64,000 nucleotides of DNA from Candidatus Thorarchaeota archaeon (GTDB lineage Archaea > Asgardarchaeota > Thorarchaeia > Thorarchaeales > Thorarchaeaceae). Shown piece after piece: positions 52,185 through 63,074 of the stretch; position 1 is the stretch's first letter; each line of letters opens with the position of its first letter. Location of the stretch: positions 132,879-196,878 of the forward strand of contig CAVSBO010000008.1 in assembly GCA_963726195.1 (NCBI GenBank), given 5' to 3'. Under the pieces are notes generated by a model. It ran no database searches, was not told the origin of the DNA, and saw only the letters and a program-made list of their open reading frames with translations. A program made the position numbers and the translations under genes.

Positions 52185-52494
52185 CATTTCCGTTGTGGAG
52201 CCGACTAGGCAACATGTGCAAGATACCTTCGGCTTCTGAAGTACAGAAGCGCGAGTCAAGAGAGACTCATTGATCATGGCCATGCAGCGAGGGAGAGACG
52301 ACTCAAAGACACAGAGGATTGTCGTTGTGTCGAACAAAGCCGATCTGCACAAGTTAGAGGATGAGATTGAGAGCATCGAGGGCGACTACAAGAGATACAT
52401 TGCTTATCATGATGTACGAAATGTAATGAGCGCATCTGAAACGCTGACACAGGTCAACGAGATATTGAAAGAGCTGAGGATGCCGTCACCATAG
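52185..52494 (+). pseudogene. Remnant of a restriction-endonuclease-fold protein (3' part)
   Basis: WSRLGNM.KIPSA.EVQ...DSLIMAMQ...IVVVSN; no N-terminus. Confidence 0.4.
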
Positions 52495-53089
52495 TAAACC
52501 CTCCATTCAGACATACATCTTCTTTAGATGATGACCTTCTCCGGAACTCATGTCTGCTCGGTCTGAGGCATCTCGCTCTGAATACCTCCCGGCAGGTGGT
52601 GCCAGTCTCTGAAATCTAAAATCGTCAACCTTGCTGCAACCTCGACCCTCGGACAGAGCGTGAGGCTTGACGATTTGGCCGGTCTGCCCAGATATTTAAA
52701 CTCCGATCCATTCTCGGTATTTCTGTGCGTACTTCAAGGACAAGAACCATGGAGGCGAAGGTATACCATATTCGCTTCTGGAAAGACGATTGCAGTTAGG
52801 CAAAGAGTGAGGAGAAGACCGCGACAAGCACCTCTAAAAGAATTGGAATTGTTCACCTGAGGATTTTCTCATGCTGATGAGGATGGTTCCCGTGGTCTGC
52901 ACTATTGACATCGTGAGTCTAATACACTAACATTTGGAGAGCTGTTGTGCTATTCGGAATTCTAGGAGAGCGCATCTGTGATACAGACATCGGTGCTGGA
53001 CCTGAACATGGTGAGCATCCTGCTGAATTCCTTTCTCACTGTAATACACCATTGCGACTATCCTGAGCCTGTGGACATCGCACAGGCTC

Positions 53090-53500
53090 TCGAAACTCGA
53101 GGGTAACATCAAACAGACTGAGTTCTCCATCTGGAAGGCGGAGGGATATTGCGGAGACGGAGGCCTGCGTTGTCCAGGCTGAGAATCGTTGATGTCCTTG
53201 AGAGCTGGGAGGAATACCTGTTCAAACTGCCAATATCCCGGATTCCGACAATATCACGAAGATGACTGAAAAACTAGGGCACTTACGGACGAATATGGTG
53301 AGATCGTCCCTGAAGCAGTGATTTTGTACAACGAGCTAAACGTCGGAACTGTCGTAGGAGCATCTACTGATGATAAAGTTGTGACCAAGCTCGCAAACCG
53401 TGTAATTGAGACAATTCGCGAACTTAGGGAAGACATTGAGGACCTCAAGACACAACTTGGCTTGCCGAGTACAGCAAGCAGTAGCAGCGGTGGCACATAG
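53090..53500 (+). pseudogene. Fragmented hypothetical gene with coiled-coil C-terminus
   Basis: Protein-like segments in shifting frames ending IETIRELREDIEDLKTQLG. Confidence 0.35.
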
Positions 53501-53539
53501 TTGCATTGTCTTTTTGATATGCAGGCCCACCTTGTACAT

Positions 53540-56500
53540 CTCGGTCTGCCGGGGGCTGGCCCATAAATGCTTCGTATTGCGGCTCCAATATGATTCGTAG
53601 ACATGTTGATAAACGAGCTCACACTTCTGGTTGTAAAGGTCTTTCGAGTATACTTCGGGGAGTTGGTATCCGCTCTACTTCGATTGCTTGACGAACAGAT
53701 GCCCGTAGTCTGCTGCGTCTTTCTCCAATCCAGCACAAGCTTCTCTTCTTTCAGAGTCCAGAGCAAATCACATGCCACCTTCTTGACCAGTTCCTTGTCC
53801 TTCTTTGCTCAGCTTGTCTGGTGGCCGGGTCAGGAGATCGAAGACTGCAAGTTCCTCTTCTGTCAGGTTCTCCTCTGTGTGACGTTTCTCTTCTTGCTGC
53901 AGTTCACCCATGAGCTGAACCAACGATTCGAAGAACTGGTCCACATCCATCCGTCCTGAATTGTAGTCATCAATCATCGCCTGTAGCCGTTTCATGTAAT
54001 CGACTCGGGACTTGTTCAGTCGGACCAGTTCGCGTATTCTCCATTGCGTGATGCTTCGCAGACGCTCGATGTAGGTGTGCTTCCTTCCCTTCGAGAATTC
54101 CCTGCGTAGTCTCTCAAAGTCAATCTTGCTCAGGTCCGTTGTCAGATGCTCCACAGGGTCTTCAGGCATCACATACGGCTCGGCTGCAACAGACCTGTCC
54201 AACAGATCATCAATGTCCTTCATGACGCCTGAAACGTCCACAATCTTGGCAGCAGCCTCAATCCTGCGCGCGATGACGACAAGCAGTCTGCGTTTTGAGT
54301 TGAACTCCTCCTCCCTCGGGTCAGGCTTGATTGCCCTGTAGAGCAGATTGACGGAGGACACAAGCGACAGGAAATCATGTTTCGACTTATCATTCTCCAG
54401 TATCGAGTCGGCCGCATTCTTGATGAGCATGCCCCTGTCGAGACCTTCGGCGGCTTGGATTGCGCTCAGGTAGATTCCTCTCTCCCTGCAGAATTGCTCT
54501 GCGTCTGCAATCGCCTTCTTGAGCTCCTCGACCAGCGCCTCTTTGATCTTGACCGGCATGTCGCCTTCAGCGATGCCACCTCCTGAGATGGAGCCATAGA
54601 TTGCCAGTGCCTTCCGGAGGTTGTTGAATATCCCGATGTAATCGACAATGAGACCGTTCTCTTTGTCACGAAAGACGCGGTTCGCACGGGCTATTGCCTG
54701 CATTAGAGAGTGGTTGCGCATGGGCTTGTCCAAGTAGATGGTTGAGCAGGGTCGAACATCGAAGCCTGTTATCCACATTGCACAGACGAAGACGATACGC
54801 AGAGGGTTGTCAGCGTCCTTGAACTTCTCGTCGAGTTGAGTGTCTGTGACCATTCTTCGACGGTGTGTTGTGATATCCAGACCCTTCTTGCGGAAATCAT
54901 CCACTTCGTTTTGCGATTGAGAGATGATGACCGCCATGTCGGTCTTTTTCATGTAGTTGACCAGAGCCTGCAGCTCCTCGATGTGCTCCTGCTCTACTGG
55001 GTCGAGTTTGGAAGCCTTCAGAGACTTGATTTCTCCCTGCAGCCTGCCAATCTTCTCCTTCCAGTGACTCTGCACCTTATCGTACATCCGCACCGCAGTC
55101 ATCCTATCGATGGAGATGACCATGGCCTTGCCCTGATGGCCGCGCGACGTGAAGTGCTCAACAATGTCCTCGCCAATCTTCTCAAGTCTGTCGTCGCGTG
55201 TGATGAGGTGGTACTGCTTGCCGAGCAGTCGTTCGAGCTTCTCTTCCTGTGCGGAATCCAGCTCGGCATCCTCCAGAATCTTGAGCATGTCCTCGTTGTA
55301 GCTTTCGTTTATGAGCTGTAGCTTAGGAATCCTGTTCTCGTAATAGAGGGGGACAGTCGCATGGTCTATCACTGATTGCGCGAAGTTGTAGATGCTGACA
55401 TATTCACCGAATGCCTTCTCAGTTTTGTCTTCGGCAAAGAGTGGGGTTCCTGTAAAGCCGAGGAATGCGGCGTTAGGGAGAGCGGTTCTCATGTTGTCGG
55501 CTAACAGATCGTACTGTGTGCGATGTGCCTCATCTGTGATGACGATGATGTCCGAACGGTCTGAAACCTTGGGATGCTTCTCTCCATGCTCGGTACGAAA
55601 CTTGTGAATTATCGTGAAGAGATACCTATGGTCCTCTTTCAAGAGCTGCCTGAGATGCTCGCTGCTCTGGGCACGTACTCTGTCCTCAGCCTCGTAGACT
55701 ACGCCCGCCCGCGAAAAGGTCTTGTAGATTTGCTCGTCCAGCTCAAGACGGTCCGTGACTACGACGAAGCTCCAGTTCCCACGAATCTTGCGCAGTACCT
55801 TCTGGCTGAAGAAAATCATGGACATGCTCTTTCCGCTGCCCTGAGTGTGCCAGAACACACCGAGGCGACCACGGTTCGCTTGGATGTTGCGGACGGCTTC
55901 GATTGCGTTATTCACGCCGAAGTATTGATGATAGCGGGCGACGTACTTTTCAGTGCCACCCTTCTCTTCACTGAACAGCATGAAATTCTCGACGATATCA
56001 AGCAGGCGCGAGGGCTCGCACATTCCTTTGATCATTGTAGCCAGAGATGCCTCTGAAGGAGAATCCTCGCTCTCTACCTTCTTCCACTCGTTGAATTGCT
56101 CGAATGGAGAGGTCAATGTTCCGGCGCCACTGTCAACGCCGTTTGATATGATGATGAATGCGTTGTACCAGAAGATGTGAGGAATCGTGTCCCTGTAATC
56201 ACGGAGGTTGTCGTCGTAGGCGCGCTGCAGGTTCTCGGTGGGACGCTTCAGTTCGATGAGGACAAGGGGGATTCCATTGACGAAACCCACGAGGTCGGGT
56301 CGGCGACGGTAGAGTGTGCCATTGACCCAGAATTGCGAGACGAGGAAGAAGTCGTTGTTCTCCGGGTTGTTCCAGTCAATTACCTTGACTCTATCGGTTT
56401 TCTCCTCGCCTTTTGGCGTGCGAAACTTGACCAGTACGCCCTCTTTCAGAAGTGCATACACCTCTTTGTTGGCGGCAACGGGGGTCTTGGTGCTTCTGTC

Positions 56501-56755
56501 TGCTGTCAATTCGCTGATGGCTTGTTCAAGGGCCTCGTCCGGGATGCCTGAGTTGATGTTCTTGAGAGCCTTGAGCAATCGCTGTTTGAGCACGACCTCT
56601 GTGGATTCGTCGCGCCCTGTGACGGGACATTCTGTGAGGGTCTCGTCGAAGGCTTGGGCCGTCTGCCAGCCAAGCTCGCCGAATATCCGAATGGCTGGCT
56701 GCTCGACAAGAGCGTTCTCGGTGTAGTCATCGGCCCATTCTGGCGTCGTGGTCAT
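53540..56755 (-). CDS. hsdR: Type I restriction endonuclease subunit R (frameshifted tail, end approximate)
   Basis: RRPDLVGFVNGIPLVLIELK, WHTQGSGKS, DEAHR, GFTGTP, QAIARANR, LVLDWRK. Confidence 0.95.
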
Positions 56756-58080
56756 CCCCGTCCGTCCACTGGTCGAGTGTTGACTGCTCCTTGTATTTGG
56801 ATGTTTGCTGAGCTGTGTTGAGAGAGCTGATATCAATATTGGATACGTCTAGGCGTCCTGAAACGAGCCTCGGCAAAAGCAGGTCCCTAGCTGCAGTGAG
56901 ATTTCTGTTCGTTCTCAGCAAATTGAGAATCAGCTCGCCCATAGGGTTGACCAGCTCTGTATACTTGCGCATTAGCTCTTCTGGCGGCAGCAGAATCTCT
57001 ATTGTCCTGAACACGGACTTGATGATTTCTTTGTAGGTAGTGCCTGTGCCAAGGCTGATGAATCGCTCTACGTTGTCGAGAAGCCAGAAGTAGATGTAGT
57101 ACTCCGATACGCGTTCATTGGGAATGCACGTTATGAACCCTTGATTGGTGCATGCCGGCGTTGTGTTTATCGAGACATACCCGATGGTTGCCCTGCTCGT
57201 CATCATAACAGAGCGGGCCGGAAACATTCTAGCGGAGCTTTTGTTCAAGCCCAGCTCGGTTATCTTCTTTACCGATTCATCCATGAACATCGATTCTGAT
57301 GATGTAAGGTCAGAGGGCGTATACCAGTTGATTGTTCCATTCTCCCAGAACTGGGCATTCTTGGTTGAGGGTGTTCCTCCACCTGTAATCTCGAAAGCGT
57401 CCGCAACTGTTGTTTCAGCCCAACCATCAGGAATCTCCCCCATCGCCGAGTCGATCATCTCGGTCTCCTCATGCCCCGGGAACCTGAAGTGCACAAACCA
57501 CTCACGGTAGATTGCCCTTGCCATCTTCTCGAGTATCTGGATGCGACGACGGTTGTTCTCGATGAGGTCATCATAGACGGACAGAAGGTTGCTTATCCTC
57601 TTCTGAGTCACCAACGGTGGCAAAGGTATCAGATGCTCTCTCACCAGACTCTGGTTCAAGTTCTGTTGAGCAGCCCCAAACGCTTGGGAAACAAGCCTAT
57701 GCCGAGTAGCGCGAAGCGCGTAGAAAAGGTACAGATAGTCAACCTTGTTTTCGTCTGGTACCAAAGCACAGATTGCCTGATTGATGCTTGCCTCGCGCCG
57801 CAAAAAGCCGAGCCTACCTACTGTTGCTCCATACAATGCCATAAGCACAGTGTTCCGAGGGTACATCTTTGCAGATGATTCAGCAAGTGCCTGTTCCGTG
57901 ATTGTCTCTTCACTATCATACAGCGCCCAGTCTCGAAGTTCCTGGGACTTGAACCATCTTACGCCATTGCTTCGGTAGTAATCGGTATTCCGCCGCGATC
58001 GGGGTTCCTCCGCTTGAAACTATCTCGCACACACTCTGGACCTTTGCATAAGACCATCCTTCGGGCAGGATTTCGGTCAT
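56727..58080 (-). CDS. hsdS: Type I R-M specificity subunit S (frameshift near 57995)
   Basis: LPEGW, SGGTP, NQA, DDLIENNRRRIQILE, IPDGW, GGGTP, RDLLLPRLVSG; ATGA overlap with hsdM. Confidence 0.93.
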
Positions 58081-59662
58081 TCTTCCCCACCCAGAATGCG
58101 CTCAAGTCCGGACTGCATCTGTTTCTCAAGGTCGTGACATTGTTCTGTTATGTCGCTGGCTTCAAAACGGGGACGTGACAGTTCGTCAAAGAAGGGAGTC
58201 TCGGCCTCATCATTCTCAGCAGTCCCTACATATCTACCGGGGCTCAAACTACCCGCTTCCACCTCTTCGAGGGCCACCAATCTGCAGAGGCCAGGCCCAT
58301 AAGCGTACTTGCCCTCGGGAAAATCGTGGTGTACTCATCCACGCTCTGCTGCAGGTTCTCAACAGTCTGCTCTCTGTACATCCTTACAATGTGGCAAGGA
58401 ACTAGGAGTTAGGGAGTGAATTCGCGGTGGGCTCTGTCGGCTTGGCGATAGAGATGGCGTGCATCAATCATGAGTATCGACTTCTCCCTTGTTGTTCCTT
58501 TCTTTCCTCTGTCAAGGAACCAGAGTCTGCAAGGCAGGGTGACTGTTAGAAAAAGTTGGGACTGATTGACACAATCACGTCTACACAGTGGGTATCGATC
58601 ACTTCTTCCGTATCTCAAGTTCAGAATAACGAGAATCACATGCCGAGTTGGCCATCACGAAGCCGGCTCTCCCTGTTGTTCAAGGGTGCATAGAAGGCTT
58701 CAATCCACAGGTAGTTGGCATTATCCACAGTAGGTATTCCAAGTGAAAACCGAGGGTCTTTCTTGACTCTGTCCTTGTCAACGCGGTCCACGTTGAATGG
58801 CGGATTGGCCATCACAAAATCGAACTTGCCCAAACTTGATGGATGTCTTCGTAGTACGTGTTGCCTTCTTTAATATCACCTGCAAGACCGTGGACTGCAA
58901 GGTTCATGTTACAGAGTTGTACTGTCGATGAGGTCTTCTCTTGCCCATAGACGCTGATGCAATCTCTCGGCCTCATCTAATGCTTTTCAACGAAGTGAGC
59001 ACTCTGAACGAACATGCCACCTGAGCCACAAGCAGGATCGTAAATCCGCCCTTCGGACGGTTCTCGATATCTTGTATCAGTCGGACCAAAGACACGGGGG
59101 TGAAGAACTCACCACCCTTCTGCCCTTCAGCCATCGCGAATCTCCCGAGGAAGTACTCGTATACGTTTCCGAAAGCATCACCCTCGACGTCCATGGGTAT
59201 TGAATTGAATATTCTCAGCAAAGAGAGGAGAACACTGCTCTCTAGGTTCTGGTACGTCTTTGGTAAGACCCCTTTGAGGTCCTCATTCTCGAATTCGATG
59301 AGTTCCATCGCCTCATTGATTGCCCTGCCGACATCTGCGCTCTCAGGAAGGCTAATCAGATAGGAGAAGCGCGCCTTATCAGGGACGTAGATTACACCTT
59401 TTGCTTGATAGTCGACCTTGCCAATCTCTCTTCTTCTGCGAGTGCCCTCCTCCTTGATCTCCCTCTCCAGTTCTTTCTGGGCATGTGCGAACTTGAAGTC
59501 GGCCCACTTCAGGAAAACCAGCCCGAGCACTGGCATGGAATACTCAGAGGACTTGAGTTTGGAGTTCGCCCTCAGTTCGTCGGCCGCGCCCCAAGCTTCT
59601 TCTCCAACTCGGTGTTGTTTGCTGGCGTCTCCGACCCCGTTGATTGTTGGCGCATGCCTCAT
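58077..59662 (-). CDS. hsdM: Type I R-M methyltransferase subunit M (many frameshifts)
   Basis: [31 protein letters not shown] (split frame), [23 protein letters not shown]. Confidence 0.9.
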
Positions 59663-59926
59663 TTTAGCGTTGCGTGTTTCAATCCCGCGAAAAGCTCTTT
59701 AGGACGCTTTGAGTGCTAGGGATTGACTTCGTAGCGCAAGTGGTTCGTGGAGCAAGCCCGGGGCTTATTTCATCGGCATGCATGCTCGCACGGGTGGTCT
59801 CAGATGAGCAGAATAGGCTGATTGAATGGTTGGCACGAGGATGTGCACTCATCATCTTGTTATGCCATGCTCGGACGCGACACGGACTTGGGAACTGTGC
59901 AACTGGGGCGGAAGGTGATTTGACAC

Positions 59927-60226
59927 ATGAGTGAAGATGACGAGCTTCTCAAGATTATTACAATCGCAACAAGGCTCCTCTGTATGCAGATTCGTCCGAG
60001 GATTGAGGGCCTCAAGACGCAGCTGCTAAAAACCTCTCAACAGGGGAAGGCGTATGATGCACTGGACGGAAAGAGATCAATAGAGGAAATAGCACATTTC
60101 GCAGGCTACTCTAATACGAGGACTCTGGAAACAATGCTGCCGGATTGGGAGCGCCAGGGCTTTATCCTGAGCACAGGAAAGGGTGCTGGTAAGAAGTATC
60201 TCAATATCGACAACTTGGGGGTGTGA
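59927..60226 (+). CDS. HTH protein A of the four-gene operon
   Basis: KAYDALDGKRSIEEIAHFAG...W..QGFI. Confidence 0.75.
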   Translation: MSEDDELLKIITIATRLLCMQIRPRIEGLKTQLLKTSQQGKAYDALDGKRSIEEIAHFAGYSNTRTLETMLPDWERQGFILSTGKGAGKKYLNIDNLGV

Positions 60227-60621
60227 GAACGAAACCTGGCGAGGATGCCTCAGCCGAATTGATGCTTCTGCTGGAAGAGACTGTCATGTGGCTGCGCTTC
60301 ATGAATCTTCCGAAGCTTCGAGAGGTCCTTCTGAAGGAACTTGATACCGACGCCAAGAGGCGTGCGTATGATATGACAGACGGCGGGAAAAGCCGAAGAG
60401 AGATAGCGCAAACAGTAGGCACTTCAGATGACAACGTCCAGAATTGGTGGGAAAGATGGTACGAACTCGCGATTGTCAAGCCGAGCAAAGCCTATGCGGG
60501 TCGTCCCGAACGCATCGTGAAACTTGAGGATCTCGGCATCAGTTTGAAAGCTCCGGCAAAGAAAGATGGTAAGAAACCAGACAGCTCAGCAGAATCGCAG
60601 GATCAACCCGAGGGGACATGA
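60223..60621 (+). CDS. HTH protein B (paralog)
   Basis: RAYDMTDGGKSRREIAQTVGTS...WWERW; GTGA overlap. Confidence 0.8.
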   Translation: MRTKPGEDASAELMLLLEETVMWLRFMNLPKLREVLLKELDTDAKRRAYDMTDGGKSRREIAQTVGTSDDNVQNWWERWYELAIVKPSKAYAGRPERIVKLEDLGISLKAPAKKDGKKPDSSAESQDQPEGT

Positions 60622-60622
60622 C

Positions 60623-61429
60623 ATGACAGGGAAAGATGATAACAAAGAGGTCATGAATGCAATAGTCGACCATATCTTTCAGTTTCACCGCTTCCCGTCG
60701 TGTACGCAAATTGTAGAGGTCACGAAGTTATCCAAAGCAAACTGTCTCAAGATTTGCGAAGAGCTTGTGAAGGCGAAACAGCTGTACGTAGTCTTTGAGG
60801 GCGATGGACTACCTACGGTCTATGTTCCCTATGATATGATGCAAGACCTACTTATGGCTCAGAGAAAACCCGAATGGGTCAGCAACTACTCTTTCACCGA
60901 CGAACCAATGCTTGGTGGAAAGGTGAAGGCACTCCAAAGCGAGTTGGTTACGTATGAGTTGTTCAAGAGACTTCTATATACCACAGATTTTGCCTTGGAG
61001 GAGGCCATCGCTTTTGCACTCAGCTGGCTTGAGTTTGAGGACGTAATCCACAACAAAGACAACACTGACAATCCTGATGTCACCTTCAAGCATGACGGGG
61101 AAGAAAGCCCTAGTAGAAATTGAGGGCACGACGAAAGCGGGTGGGAAGGCCAAAGTCCTACAACTTGAAAGCTGGATGAAGAGAGAGATAGACACTGGCA
61201 AGAATCCGCTGAGCTTGAGGGATTTTACATCATAAACCATTTCAGGGAATTGGAGCCGGCTTCTCGAGGAGACCCTCTTGGGGATCACGCGAAGGAGTAT
61301 CTAAAGAGGTATCAGTTCAAGTACCTCACAACACTATCGCTGTTTAATATGGTTAAGCGTGTTAAAGAGGGAATGCTGACAGAGGAAGATGCCAGAAGTG
61401 AAGTGTGGCAAGGTGACAGAATTGCCTAA
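60623..61429 (+). CDS. wHTH plus PD-(D/E)xK restriction-like nuclease (two frameshifts)
   Basis: LEEAIAFAL, NPDVTF, ALVEIEGTTK, QLESW, IINHFRELEP..R when frames are joined. Confidence 0.7.
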
Positions 61430-61844
61430 AGAAAGAGAGAAAGACAAACAGGACCGTATAGTTGAGCTCCTACAAGAGCTGGTTATGTGGACTAGGGCAA
61501 CAAGCATTCCGAAGGTTCAGGAGGCATTGTCCATCCTTCTCCAAACTGATGAACAGAAAAGGGCTTACTACTACAGCGACGGACAAAGGAACCGGAACGA
61601 AGTGGCTAGTCTAGCTGGCAGTCGTGGTCCTACGGTGTCCAGGTGGTGGAAGACTTGGATAGGAGCCGGTATCGCGGAGCCAATGGGCGTGCAGCGGGGC
61701 GATAGAGCCAAGAGCATATTTCCTCTTGAGGAATTCGGCATCAAGGTGCCGGCGCTCATCAAGGGCGAAAGAGAAGAGAACGAGGTTCTTGAGCACAGTA
61801 CGGGGGACGAACGGAACGACTGCGGTCGCACGGCGGAGGAATGA
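61422..61844 (+). CDS. HTH protein C (paralog)
   Basis: RAYYYSDGQRNRNEVASLAG...WWKTW..AGI; TTG start overlaps the nuclease stop. Confidence 0.8.
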   Translation: MPKEREKDKQDRIVELLQELVMWTRATSIPKVQEALSILLQTDEQKRAYYYSDGQRNRNEVASLAGSRGPTVSRWWKTWIGAGIAEPMGVQRGDRAKSIFPLEEFGIKVPALIKGEREENEVLEHSTGDERNDCGRTAEE

Positions 61845-62050
61845 AACTCTTGGGTCTATGCAATACTGTTCTAAGAATCTATCAACACGCAGGAGCTTAT
61901 GATGCGTCCGCTGGAACTAAGAAGGCGCAAGGAAGCAGACTTTCCGAGTCATTGAAACTTACAGTACATGCTCTGGACAGAGGACAGCGAGTCACACTCT
62001 AATGACATTGCTTGAGCCCTTTACCTGAAGTGCGTATCACCTAGAGGAAA

Positions 62051-62935
62051 GTGAATCGGATGGCGCCTCGAACAGCGAATCATGTGGGCTTCCGTTCGAA
62101 GGAAATTGGCACAAAGGTTCGCTATGAGCTTTCTCTTCTCGATCTAGTTTCGGAGTTCAAGCAGCTATGCACTCTCTGCGGCAGTTGTTGCAGTGACATC
62201 AAGATTCCTCTGTATCCTGTTGAGCTGCCATATTTGGCTCGACAATTAAGTCTCGAAGAGGCGCGCCACCATATCAGAAAGAACCCATATCCTTTCAACA
62301 TCCAAGCGGAGTTCTACTTTGTCATTGATGGCCCGTGTCCGTTTCTTGAAAGGGGTCTCTGTCGAATATACCCAATCCGGCCCTTGGTGTGCAGGATATT
62401 TCCGATAAGACTTGATGCGTTCATGGATGGCATCAACACGCATCATAGAGAACCCTCGCTTGACATTGTCTGGTGCAAACCCACTTGGCCTTGCCAGCAA
62501 GGATGTATCGTTTTCAGGGAGAGAACGTTCTTGTTGGCCAGCGAATTCGGGAAAGCCGGACTGAGACTGATTGACTATCTGTTAGCGACTGTTCTTGACG
62601 ATGCAAGTTTTGCTTTTCTATATGGTCAGGAGCCTTTGACTGGTGATGACAGATTCGTGCTCCCGGATTCTCTTCGAGCTACCATGCAGCCTATGGACTA
62701 TGTTCACGCCTTTCTGAAAGCTCTTGTGGCCAAGTACCGTAATCCATCTCTCCGGGACGTAGAGGTATATGATAGACTTGAGGAATTGGATAATATCTCA
62801 CTAGAGAAGATATGTAACTCCAAGAGTATCAGTATGGCACGAGAGTTGACTTCAGGTTACTTGAAGCGCATAGAGAAGTATAATCCGTCACTCATTGCAT
62901 GGCGAAGGCACATCAGGAAGCACTCTTTCGAGTGA
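62051..62935 (+). CDS. YkgJ-family CxxCxxCC cysteine-cluster protein
   Basis: CTLCGSCC, CPFLERGLCRIYPIRPLVCRIFP. Confidence 0.85.
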   Translation: MNRMAPRTANHVGFRSKEIGTKVRYELSLLDLVSEFKQLCTLCGSCCSDIKIPLYPVELPYLARQLSLEEARHHIRKNPYPFNIQAEFYFVIDGPCPFLERGLCRIYPIRPLVCRIFPIRLDAFMDGINTHHREPSLDIVWCKPTWPCQQGCIVFRERTFLLASEFGKAGLRLIDYLLATVLDDASFAFLYGQEPLTGDDRFVLPDSLRATMQPMDYVHAFLKALVAKYRNPSLRDVEVYDRLEELDNISLEKICNSKSISMARELTSGYLKRIEKYNPSLIAWRRHIRKHSFE

Positions 62936-63074
62936 GTCATGTGATGATTGCTCTTGTTGCGTCCACAGATCCTCAGGTGGCTGTCATCTCATGTTCCTAG
63001 TTGGAAGCCCAAGGATAAAGCTCTAGGGAATAGGCAAGCGGGGCGCGTGTGGCGCCCCGGCTCCCATCCAGAAA

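Noticed and set aside
3557-61429. Programmed frameshifting or mass pseudogenisation
   Set aside because: Single-base shifts are scattered across unrelated, otherwise conserved genes, often at homopolymers, as expected from long-read indel error
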